Shown: positions 1 to 7,498, counted from the first letter of the stretch. The stretch: 32,000 nucleotides of DNA from Akkermansia muciniphila ATCC BAA-835 (GCF_000020225.1 NC_010655.1:2520001-2552000); one strand, 5' to 3'. The notes: generated by a model from the letters alone, not told the origin. A program made the numbers and translations.

Positions 1-964
1 CATAATGTTCCACCAGAACCGGATGGACGTCAGGCCGCGCCGCCAGCATGCCGATGCCGAAGATGGCCGCTACCAGCAGGCAAATGCCAGCCAGGCGCAG
101 ACGTTTTTTTCCGCCGGGGGCGGAAACGGCCTGCAGTTCATCCGTCGCCGCCGTTCCGGCAGATGCCAGACCGGGTTTGCGGCGCAGGTATCTGCCAAAA
201 ACACAGGCAAAATGCCACAGCAGCCCTACAGCGATGATGTAGGAGGACCATTTGGGCATTTGCTCCAGGGGATTATGGGAAGCACGGAGAATGGAGATAA
301 GCCTGCCCGGATGCAGGGAATCCTGGCCCCAGCTCATCTGGTACAGCGTCCAGCCGGAAAGGCGCAGAGGCTCATTCATGCGGATAACGGCGTCATACTG
401 ACCGCCGGATTCCGGAAAAACGGTTATCTGGGATTCATAGGATTTAGGCTTGGAAGTCCCCGGATAAAACTCCGGCACAAAGCGGTTCAGGCGCAAATCA
501 AACGGAAGGGAATACTCGTGCACCCGGTCCCCCTGGGGCAGTTCCACCTGTTCCACAGCCACCGTCATTTTGTTGCCCAGCATGATGCCGGCCAGCAGCA
601 GCAAAATTCCCCCATGAGCCACCAGCACGCCTGCGTGCCTCCAGGTCCACCGGATACGGAATACCCCGCCTATGAGCAGGTTGGCGAACAGCAGGACACA
701 AGTAATGCCCATGCCGGGCAAAGGCAGGGAAATCAGGGAGTTCTCCCCGCCCAGCGGTATCAGCACATAAGCCGCCCCGAAAAAAGACTCTATGGCAGCC
801 TCCGACCCCATGGCAGAAGACAACCGCACCTGGTGCAGCGTCCCGGCAAAGGTCAGCACCAGAAGGATCAGCATCAGGGCAATGCCTAAGCCGTAGCTTC
901 CGGCAAAATTCCAGAGGCTGCGTCCATATTTTTTCCATACCGCATCCGTTCGTTCCCTGTCCAT
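1..964 (-). CDS. ResB/Ccs1-like cytochrome c biogenesis membrane protein, N-terminal 321 codons (gene continues past the left edge)
   Basis: My own translation of the minus-strand frame that the ORF track omits, because it has no stop before the window edge: MDRERTDAVWKKYGRSLWNFAGSYGLGIALMLILLVLTFAGTL...FVPEFYPGTSKPKSYESQITVFPESGGQYDAVIRMNEPLRLSGWTLYQMSWG...LAGICLLVAAIFGIGMLAA. It shows hydrophobic helices plus the ResB-type block (S-x-I/V-T-V, I-R-M-N-E-P-L, G-W-x-L-Y-Q). ATG at 964; in-frame TTG/GTG starts further upstream (to about 1010) are possible. It lies 90 nt downstream of rbr on the same strand. Confidence 0.65.
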   Translation of the reverse strand, partial: MDRERTDAVWKKYGRSLWNFAGSYGLGIALMLILLVLTFAGTLHQVRLSSAMGSEAAIESFFGAAYVLIPLGGENSLISLPLPGMGITCVLLFANLLIGGVFRIRWTWRHAGVLVAHGGILLLLAGIMLGNKMTVAVEQVELPQGDRVHEYSLPFDLRLNRFVPEFYPGTSKPKSYESQITVFPESGGQYDAVIRMNEPLRLSGWTLYQMSWGQDSLHPGRLISILRASHNPLEQMPKWSSYIIAVGLLWHFACVFGRYLRRKPGLASAGTAATDELQAVSAPGGKKRLRLAGICLLVAAIFGIGMLAARPDVHPVLVEHY

Positions 965-1054
965 CAGCGTAAGGCGTCCGTAGTCCAAAAAGAGGGCCGA
1001 TTGCACGATCAACTCGTGAAACCGGCCCCAATCATATTCCTGGAGAAAAGGTTA

Positions 1055-1630
1055 TTAAAAGTTATCCGCCAGTTCTTCAAAGAATGCCTGGGGATGCGCA
1101 CAGGCCGGACATACCTTGGGGGCAGTGGAACCGGTATGTACATAACCGCAGTTGCGGCACTTCCACTGGATTTCCTTTTCCTTGGCAAAAACCCTGCCTT
1201 CGCGCACATTTTCAGCCAGCTTGAGATAGCGGGCTTCATGGTGCTGCTCCACGGAGGCAATCTTGCGGAAAGTTTCCGCAATGGCGGGGAAGCCTTCCCT
1301 GTCCGCTACTTCGGCAAATGCAGGATACATGTCGGACCATTCGTCATGTTCACCGGCGGCGGCGGCCAGCAGACAATCCTCCGTAGATTCCAGGGGAGCC
1401 GTGCAGACGGCGTGCGTTACTTCAATGCAAGCGTCTTTCAGCAATTTGAAAAATACCTTGGCATGTTCCTTCTCATTGTCGGCCGTTTCCAGAAAGATAG
1501 CGGCAATCTGTTCGTAACCGGCCTTCTTGGCTACGCCGGCAAAGTAGGTGTAGCGGTTGCGCGCTTCTGACTCCCCGGCAAAAGCCTTGAGAAGATTCTT
1601 TTCTGTTTCTGTTCCTTTGATGGATTTCAT
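1055..1630 (-). CDS. rbr: Rubrerythrin
   Basis: 191-aa ORF. It has an N-terminal ferritin-like diiron domain ([29 protein letters not shown]) and a C-terminal rubredoxin-like CxxC...CxxC (CRNCGY...CPACAHP). Confidence 0.95.
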   Translation of the reverse strand: MKSIKGTETEKNLLKAFAGESEARNRYTYFAGVAKKAGYEQIAAIFLETADNEKEHAKVFFKLLKDACIEVTHAVCTAPLESTEDCLLAAAAGEHDEWSDMYPAFAEVADREGFPAIAETFRKIASVEQHHEARYLKLAENVREGRVFAKEKEIQWKCRNCGYVHTGSTAPKVCPACAHPQAFFEELADNF

Positions 1631-1739
1631 AAATTAGTCATCTGGTTGCGTAAACGAAAGCATCCTAATAAGACGCCGTGAAAAAACAAGCAAATATTGA
1701 ATGAATCTAAAAAATGTGCATATCCGGAAAAACATACGG

Positions 1740-1763
1740 CAGTTTCCCCATTTGGGAAAACTG
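1740..1763. promoter_or_regulatory. 24-nt near-perfect palindrome (CAGTTTCCCCATTTGGGAAAACTG) in the divergent rbr/GNAT intergenic region; candidate operator
   Basis: Read directly: 10 of 12 symmetric positions pair. The centre is about 120 nt upstream of the rbr ATG and about 180 nt upstream of the GNAT ATG. Its function is inferred only. Confidence 0.3.
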
Positions 1764-1931
1764 TCGCCATACACGCTTCTGCTGTCCCCCATACGCGCCG
1801 GCAGCAAAACGGCATCCTGGGAAACAGGCAGGAACCCGTACCGCAGCATCAGGCCTAAGCATGAACCGGATCATTTGACACCCCCTGTGCAAACAGTAAA
1901 ATTAAACGAAAAAAAACCTTAAGCTCCACCC

Positions 1932-2528
1932 ATGAATTCCGCCAATACCCCCTTATTGGAAACCGAGAGATTAATACTGAGAAAATTCACGGAAAATGAT
2001 CTGGAGGCCCTGTTCAACATTTACAGCAATGAAGAGGTAAACACGTATTTGCCGTGGTTTCCATTAACTTCCCTGGAAGAAGCGGCGGCCCTGTTCAAAG
2101 AAAAGTACCGGGAAGTGTACAAACGGCCTTACGGGTATCATTACGCCATCTGCCCGAAAAACAGCAACCTCCCGGCAGGGTATATCCACGCAGGCACGGA
2201 CGACAGCCATGACCTCGGCTACGGATTGCTTCAGGAGTTCTGGCACAGAGGCTTTGCCACGGAGGCGACCAGGGCTGTTGTCGCCCGGTTGAAGAAAGAC
2301 GGCATGCCCTACATCACGGCCACACACGATATCAGGAATCCCCGCAGCGGAGGCGTCATGAAACAGCTGGGCATGCGCTACCAATATTCCTATGAAGAGC
2401 TGTGGCAACCCAAAAATATTCCGGTCACTTTCCGCCTGTACCAGTTGAATCTGGATGGACAGGAGGATCGGGTTTATCAGGAATACTGGAACAGGTCATC
2501 CGTCCGTTTCAAAGAAACTGATATCTGA
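1932..2528 (+). CDS. GNAT-family N-acetyltransferase (RimJ/RimL-like)
   Basis: 198-aa ORF. The N-terminus LETERLILRKFTENDLEALFNIYSNEEVNTYLPW and the later GYGLLQEFWHRGFATEA are typical of the Acetyltransf_3/GNAT family. Confidence 0.85.
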   Translation: MNSANTPLLETERLILRKFTENDLEALFNIYSNEEVNTYLPWFPLTSLEEAAALFKEKYREVYKRPYGYHYAICPKNSNLPAGYIHAGTDDSHDLGYGLLQEFWHRGFATEATRAVVARLKKDGMPYITATHDIRNPRSGGVMKQLGMRYQYSYEELWQPKNIPVTFRLYQLNLDGQEDRVYQEYWNRSSVRFKETDI

Positions 2529-2602
2529 ATTCCCAATACCCGGCTTCATCTTCAGGAGCTCCTTCCCGCCCTGGGAAACATGGCGGATACCTCCGCATCC
2601 GG

Positions 2603-3247
2603 TTATCTTTCCACCGGTTTTCCGGAGAAAGTCCCGCTCCACGGTTCTTCCAGCCTGTCCGGGACGCTTTCCAACTCCCGGAGTATTTTCTCCCGCTCCC
2701 GGGAAATCCGCTCCTGATCCGCAGAGGCCGGAACAGGCTGCTCCCCGGGCAGAGGCATCAGCCCGTCCGCCATCCTGCCGCCGTCCGGGGCAATCGGAGG
2801 AGCAACAACCTTGCTGTCTTCATCCGTTTCCGGTTCAGGGCTGACCGGCTTCTGCTCATCCATCTTTCCGGTACTTTCCGGAACAGCCAGGTTCCGATAC
2901 AGGAACACCAGGTCCCCCGCCTCCACAGCGCCGCTGCGGATATCCGCAGGAATGCGCGCACGCCCCATTCGCTCCTCCGTCACAATCAGGTTGGCGACTC
3001 TGCATTTTTCTTCCCGGCCCGGAGATTGGGAGATAAGCACGGTTCCCGGTTCATAAACATTCCCGGCCAGAGCAATCAGCACATAATGATGATTAGGATA
3101 CACCTGCTCCACCTTGCCCACATATACGGGGGGAGGGGCTGCTTTCTTAACGGGCTGCTGCACCTGCTGGGAACAGGAGGCCCCCAGCACCACAAACGCC
3201 GCCAGAACAGGCAGGGAAACAATTCGTCTCATGGGGAGTTTTTTCAT
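2603..3247 (-). CDS. Hypothetical secreted protein / probable lipoprotein with a Pro/Glu-rich C-terminal half
   Basis: ORF 2603..3301. I prefer the internal ATG at 3247 (MKKLPMRRIVSLPVLAAFVVLGASCSQ), which gives a signal peptide followed by Cys and starts 4 nt after the ftsK stop. I recognise no family. Confidence 0.65.
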   Translation of the reverse strand: MKKLPMRRIVSLPVLAAFVVLGASCSQQVQQPVKKAAPPPVYVGKVEQVYPNHHYVLIALAGNVYEPGTVLISQSPGREEKCRVANLIVTEERMGRARIPADIRSGAVEAGDLVFLYRNLAVPESTGKMDEQKPVSPEPETDEDSKVVAPPIAPDGGRMADGLMPLPGEQPVPASADQERISREREKILRELESVPDRLEEPWSGTFSGKPVER

Positions 3248-3251
3248 CGTT

Positions 3252-5777
3252 TCATTCCACCAGCACCTTGCGTGGACGGTTGGTATTATCCGCCGGGGCA
3301 ATAATGCCGCGGGATTCCAGCAAATCCATCATGCGCGCTGCACGGCCGTATCCAATGCTCAAACGCCGCTGCAGCAGAGAGGTGCTTACCTTACGTTCCA
3401 CAACAGCCACTTCCAGGCACTTGGCATAGCATTCCTCTTCCGCGTCATCCAGCGGACTGTCCGCACCTCCGCGGGAAGGCTCGTCCAGAGACTTCTGAAC
3501 CTCTTCATGGAATTTCTGCTTGGCCTGGGAAGCACAGTGGGCCACCAGGGCTTCCACTTCATCGTCAGAGATAAAGGCTCCCTGCGCCCGCTCCACCTGG
3601 GCGGAACCCGGCGGCAAATACAGAAGGTCTCCCTTGCCCACCAGTTTTTCCGCCCCCTGCCTGTCCAAAATCACACGGCTATCCGTACCGCTCGCCACCT
3701 GGAAAGCGATGCGCGTCGGGATATTGGCCTTGATCGTCCCCGTCACCACCTGCCTTCTTGGCGTCTGCGTCGCCACAATAAGGTGGATGCCTGCGGCACG
3801 GGCCTTTTGGGTAAGACGTCCAATATTCGTTTCTATGTCCGCTCCTACTGTCTGCATCAGGTCCGCAAGTTCGTCAATAATAATGACGATGTAGGGGAAG
3901 CGTTCAGGAATAACTCCGTCGTCCTCCAGATCCAGTTCATCATCTTCTTCCACAGGCCATTCCCCCTGGGATTCCAGGTCTCTGGCAATGGATTCCGCCA
4001 AAGCTTCATCCACCTGCCCGTCTTCCGGTTCCTCCGTCTCTTGCGCAGGAACATCCGGCGGGCGCTTGTTGAAAGCTTCAAAGTTTCGCACACCCACCTT
4101 GGCAAAGCAATGATAGCGGTGCTCCATTTCATTCACGCACCAACGCAGGGCATTGGGAACTTTCTTGGGATCCGTCACCACCGGAACAATCAGATGCGGC
4201 AGCTTGGAATAAGGCTGCATTTCCACCACTTTCGGATCCACCAGAATAAGCCTCAGTTCATCCGGGCGGAATTTCAGGAGCATGGAGGAAATAATGCTGT
4301 TAATGCACACGGATTTTCCGGATCCGGTGGCGCCGGCCACCAACAGGTGCGGCATGGACGCCAAGTCCCCGATCACGGTACGTCCATACACGTCCTTCCC
4401 CAGCGCCAGCGGAATCTTTTTCTTGGGGGAACAAAAAGCGGGATCCTGCAAAAGTTCCCGCAGGGGAACGGCCACCTTCTTCCGGTTGACGATTTCAATA
4501 CCTACCGTATCCTTGCCCGGAATGGGGGCCACGATGTTCACGCTTTCCGCCTTGGTCGCCAGCGCAATATCCTTCGCATACTGGTCAAAAGTATTTACGC
4601 GCACGCCGCGCGCGGGATACACTTCATAACGGGTGATGGTCGGGCCTCGGGTAATATCCCCAGGCGTCACGTCCACGCGGAATGTCGTCAGAGTATCAAT
4701 AATCTTCTGCTGTATTTCCAGCATTTCTTCCTTGTCCTCTGCCGTAGGGCCTTCCGGCTTTTCTTCATAATGCAGCAGTTCAAATGGAGGCAGCTCATAC
4801 TCGCGGAATTCCTCCGTGGGCGGAGTGGACAATTTGGAAAAAGGCTGTTCTTTGGGCGCGGGCTTCATTTCCGCCGGTTCCGCAACGGTAATCCTGGGGC
4901 GCGGAGCCAGGGGAAGGCGGCCCTGGGTTCGCGGGGCGCTGGGAGGCGGAACAGAATCCTCCGGCTTGGACGGAGCAACCGCCGCTGCTTCATGATACAA
5001 ACTTTCCAGATCGTCCCCGGTGCGCTGCAGACGGGGAACGGAAGCCCGGCCCTTTCTAACCGGTCTGGGAGCGGACAAAGCGGCATCTTCCATGCTGGCC
5101 CTCACGCGGGCAGCTTCCCTGGCAAGCAGAGCGGTCTGTCGCGCCAGTCTTTTTTCCTTCCTGTTCATACGCCAGGCACGCCATTCCCGCAGCATGGCCC
5201 GGCAAAACGGCCGGGGACGCATCCCGGCGGCATAAACCAAGGCCAGCAAATAGCCCAGCCCGGAAAACGCCAGCACAGCGGATCTGCCGGCCAACGGAAA
5301 AAACAAACCAGTTCCCAGCAAATGACCCACCAGCCCCCCGGCCCCCTGGACCTGGTGGCGAGCCACCCACTCATTTCCCGGCACATGCCCGGCTGCCAGA
5401 AACAGGCATCCGAACAACAGCAGGAACAAACCGCCGTAAACCACGCTGCGGGGCAGTCTTCCATAGTGGAGCAGACGGTAAAGCCCCCACCACTCCAACA
5501 GAACAACCAGCATCCAAGCCATGCCTCCCAGCGTCCAATAAAAAATCCCCGCACCATACAATCCTACCGTTCCCAGCACATTGGAGGTACCCGGAATTAC
5601 CTGCCCGGAACCATTTAAATAACTCCAGCCTATTTCCCGCACATCAAATGTCAGCATAGCAGCCAGAAGAGCCGCCCCCCCCAACAAAGACACGACGCCC
5701 CATACCATTCCAATCCAAACAGGGGAACGCCCCTCTTCATGCTCAAATGCATGATGCTCCTGCATATCCAATGCCAT
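3252..5777 (-). CDS. ftsK: DNA translocase FtsK/SpoIIIE
   Basis: N-terminal membrane helices, a Pro/Ala-rich linker, a motor domain with Walker A (LLVAGATGSGKSVCINSII) and Walker B (YIVIIIDELADL), and a C-terminal winged-helix gamma domain (LLQRRLSIGYGRAARMMDLLE). The track ORF extends to a TTG at 5852. I prefer the ATG at 5777 (MALDMQEHH), but the start is uncertain. Confidence 0.9.
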   Translation of the reverse strand: MALDMQEHHAFEHEEGRSPVWIGMVWGVVSLLGGAALLAAMLTFDVREIGWSYLNGSGQVIPGTSNVLGTVGLYGAGIFYWTLGGMAWMLVVLLEWWGLYRLLHYGRLPRSVVYGGLFLLLFGCLFLAAGHVPGNEWVARHQVQGAGGLVGHLLGTGLFFPLAGRSAVLAFSGLGYLLALVYAAGMRPRPFCRAMLREWRAWRMNRKEKRLARQTALLAREAARVRASMEDAALSAPRPVRKGRASVPRLQRTGDDLESLYHEAAAVAPSKPEDSVPPPSAPRTQGRLPLAPRPRITVAEPAEMKPAPKEQPFSKLSTPPTEEFREYELPPFELLHYEEKPEGPTAEDKEEMLEIQQKIIDTLTTFRVDVTPGDITRGPTITRYEVYPARGVRVNTFDQYAKDIALATKAESVNIVAPIPGKDTVGIEIVNRKKVAVPLRELLQDPAFCSPKKKIPLALGKDVYGRTVIGDLASMPHLLVAGATGSGKSVCINSIISSMLLKFRPDELRLILVDPKVVEMQPYSKLPHLIVPVVTDPKKVPNALRWCVNEMEHRYHCFAKVGVRNFEAFNKRPPDVPAQETEEPEDGQVDEALAESIARDLESQGEWPVEEDDELDLEDDGVIPERFPYIVIIIDELADLMQTVGADIETNIGRLTQKARAAGIHLIVATQTPRRQVVTGTIKANIPTRIAFQVASGTDSRVILDRQGAEKLVGKGDLLYLPPGSAQVERAQGAFISDDEVEALVAHCASQAKQKFHEEVQKSLDEPSRGGADSPLDDAEEECYAKCLEVAVVERKVSTSLLQRRLSIGYGRAARMMDLLESRGIIAPADNTNRPRKVLVE

Positions 5778-5989
5778 ACCTGTTCCTATCCTAGCAACTC
5801 TCCGCCCCAAACTCAAGGCCAAACCGGAAAGAAGAGGAATTGCTCGAATCAACTTCCCGCAAGCCTGAAAGCGCCAACTTCCGGCTCGGAAATACGGTCT
5901 TTATGTACTTTTTCCTCCCTAGGAGAGCATCTCTGAAAAAAGCCCTTTCCCTACCTGAGAAAATACTGGTCCCGCATCTCCAAATCAAT

Positions 5990-6330
5990 AAAACCGAAGC
6001 AATTTCAATACTTATTTTTCATATCTATTTGATTATTTATTATTAGCATAAATTTTTATTACAAAAAAATGTATCGTTCGACATTTTTTATGCTTCATGA
6101 AACATCCGGCGGATTTCAAATTCGGTGTCAATAGTAATCCCTTAAAAAAAACTGTTTATTATTATTTATGGATATAACGATAAGAGGAGAATTTTGTAGA
6201 AATTATGTGTTTAATCTTATTAAGTTGTTAACAATTAGTTAATTATATTAAACTACAATATTCCTATTTTTTTAATAGGATTTGAAATCCGCTAATTAGA
6301 AACCTCTTCCCATGATACAGCAATTACAAT
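5990..6330. promoter_or_regulatory. Extreme AT-rich trough inside the 863-bp gene-free divergent region between ftsK and wza; presumed promoter/regulatory region of the polysaccharide locus
   Basis: No ORF of 60 aa or more lies between 6046 and 6716. By eye this stretch is roughly 20-25% GC against mid-50s% GC flanks. It contains several palindromes and the inverted-repeat pair listed below. I could not assign a convincing -35/-10 pair. Confidence 0.5.
6109..6292. repeat. Perfect 13-bp inverted repeat pair (GCGGATTTCAAAT at 6109-6121; ATTTGAAATCCGC at 6280-6292) flanking a 158-bp AT-rich segment
   Basis: Read directly from the sequence. The arms are exact reverse complements. Each arm is embedded in a near-palindrome, GGATTT(C/G)AAAT(T/C)C. 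A perfect TTGACA hexamer lies on the minus strand at 6126-6131, just inside the left arm. Confidence 0.9.
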
Positions 6331-6343
6331 CTGTTAAACAGAT
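6329..6343. promoter_or_regulatory. 15-nt perfect palindrome ATCTGTTAAACAGAT; candidate binding site for a dimeric regulator
   Basis: Read directly: 7+7 symmetric positions around a central A. It lies 37 nt downstream of the right inverted-repeat arm and 373 nt upstream of the wza ATG. Confidence 0.35.
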
Positions 6344-6431
6344 ACGGCCCTTATGTGCAGGAGCGTCAGTCAATCTCTCCCCAGCCTACCTGTCGGAACC
6401 AATCTTGACAGCCTCCCCTTATTATTGCTGA

Positions 6432-6460
6432 TCATTTCCCTGCTTTTTCATCTGAGGGGA
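6432..6460 (+). repeat. Copy 1 of a 29-nt motif (TCATTTCCCTGCTTTTTCATCTGAGGGGA) shared with 30360-30388
   Basis: Hand alignment with copy 2 gives 24 matches, 4 mismatches and 1 single-nt gap, including an exact 11-mer TTTCATCTGAG. The motif ends about 255 nt upstream of the wza ATG. Confidence 0.6.
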
Positions 6461-6556
6461 AATATACCTGCCTTTTTCAAATACTTTCTTATTTCAAACA
6501 AAAAAAATCAAAATCATCAAATTTAAAATGATGACTGAACATAGAGCGGCCTTTTT

Positions 6557-6582
6557 CTTTCAAACTTCCGGAAGATTGAAAG
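6557..6582. promoter_or_regulatory. 26-nt near-perfect palindrome CTTTCAAACTTCCGGAAGATTGAAAG in the wza leader
   Basis: Read directly: 12 of 13 symmetric pairs, with a central CTTCCGGAAG core. It lies about 135 nt upstream of the wza ATG. It could act as a DNA operator or an RNA hairpin. Confidence 0.35.
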
Positions 6583-6715
6583 CATGGAAGGCATCACGCC
6601 ATTCCCGTGGTGCTTCCGGGGCAAGGAAGAAAATCCTTTGAGCCGGAATGGCCTCTTTCCCTGTTTTTAGCATCATCTTTCCTCCTAAAAGCAACGTTTC
6701 CTCCTTCCTCACCAA

Positions 6716-7498
6716 ATGAATACAAACAACCTCATCAATAAAGCCATTCTGTGCTCCCTGGCCATGGCCGGAGCCGCTCTCCTGCCTTCCTGCGTCAGCC
6801 CCAAGGAAGTCCTCTATATCCAGGATGTTTCCGGAAACTCCAGAGAAACCATCAAGGCAAACTACCAGACAACCATCCAGAAGGATGACCAGCTCTATAT
6901 CGCGGTCAGCAGCAAGCAGCCGGAGCTCACCGCCCCCTTTGCCATGTCTGAAATCGGTTCCGCCAGCGGCACCTCCAGCAACAAACCCAAAGGATATCTG
7001 GTGGATGCCCAGGGCTGCATCGTCCTGCCCGTCATCGGCAAAATGAAGGCTGCGGGCAAAACCTGCTCCCAGCTGGCCTCCGACATTGCCGCGACTCTCA
7101 AGAGCAATGACTACATCCGGGATGCCTCCGTCAATGTTCAGATCATGAACTTCAAATTTTCCGTTCTGGGCGAAGTCAATGCTCCCGGAACCTACACTAT
7201 TGAAGGCCAGCGCGTAACCATTCTTGAGGCCATCAGCCGGGCCGGAGACCTTAATATTGACGGCAACCGGGACGTCACGTTAATCAGGGAAACCAACGGA
7301 ACCCGTCAAATCGCCAGCATCGACCTGCGCAGCAAGGATTTGTTCACTTCTCCTTATTATTACATCCAGCAAAACGACATCATTTACGTGACACCCTCAG
7401 ACCGCAAGGTCAACACGCGCAGCGACGCTGCTCAATGGTACGGCTGGGGTCTCTCCGGGCTTGGTGTCACTCTGGCCGTGATCGCCCTGTGCCTGTAA
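6716..7498 (+). CDS. wza: Polysaccharide export outer-membrane protein (Wza/BexD/CtrA family: Poly_export + SLBB)
   Basis: 260 aa. It has a signal peptide ending in Cys (ALLPSC), a PES-type motif region (YIQDVSG...DDQLYIAVSS), an SLBB-like block (FSVLGEVNAPGTYTIEGQRVTILEAISRAGDL) and a C-terminal hydrophobic helix. Confidence 0.9.
   Translation: MNTNNLINKAILCSLAMAGAALLPSCVSPKEVLYIQDVSGNSRETIKANYQTTIQKDDQLYIAVSSKQPELTAPFAMSEIGSASGTSSNKPKGYLVDAQGCIVLPVIGKMKAAGKTCSQLASDIAATLKSNDYIRDASVNVQIMNFKFSVLGEVNAPGTYTIEGQRVTILEAISRAGDLNIDGNRDVTLIRETNGTRQIASIDLRSKDLFTSPYYYIQQNDIIYVTPSDRKVNTRSDAAQWYGWGLSGLGVTLAVIALCL

Noticed and set aside
5-889. 294-aa + strand ORF (and the 177-aa - strand ORF at 498..1031) at the left edge
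   Set aside because: Both have Arg/Gln/His/Gly-rich, low-complexity, non-protein-like translations. The 5..889 ORF is the codon-aligned antisense frame of the ResB-like gene, which I translated by hand on the minus strand. That gene has clear family motifs but is missing from the track because it has no stop inside the window.
1001-1570. 189-aa + strand ORF opposite rubrerythrin
   Set aside because: It is antisense to an unambiguous rubrerythrin gene and shows no recognisable motifs.
3114-5618. 834-aa ORF on the + strand, strikingly long, opposite ftsK
   Set aside because: Its frame is exactly codon-aligned with ftsK: (5852-3116) is divisible by 3. It can therefore only be interrupted where ftsK uses TTA, CTA or TCA codons, which this genome avoids. 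The translation is Arg/Gly/His-rich with no domain features. It is a shadow ORF, not a gene.
6225-6234. Palindrome TTGTTAACAA in the AT-rich block, and its resemblance to TTGTTAAATAACAA at 26475-26488
   Set aside because: The half-sites are shared but the spacing differs (0 versus 4 nt). Short palindromes like these are expected by chance in DNA this AT-rich. I mention it under the module junction but do not treat it as a common operator.
5990-6330. AT-rich block as a replication origin or dif-related site next to ftsK
   Set aside because: I found no cluster of DnaA-box-like sequences (TTATCCACA or its complement), no dnaA/dnaN context and no recognisable dif-like 28-mer. Its position upstream of a polysaccharide operon favours a regulatory role.
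6528-6638. 36-aa basic ORF (MMTEHRAAFFFQTSGRLKAWKASRHSRGASGARKKIL) in the wza leader, spanning the 26-nt palindrome
   Set aside because: It has no convincing ribosome-binding site, is very short, and cannot be tested for conservation here. I kept it only as a remote possibility of a leader peptide.
6100-6715. JUMPstart/ops antitermination element or a c-di-GMP riboswitch in the operon leader
   Set aside because: The ops core GGCGGTAG is absent; the nearest match is GGCGGATT at 6108-6115, which is part of the inverted repeat. I could not recognise GEMM-type conserved helices by eye. Neither can be excluded without a covariance-model search.
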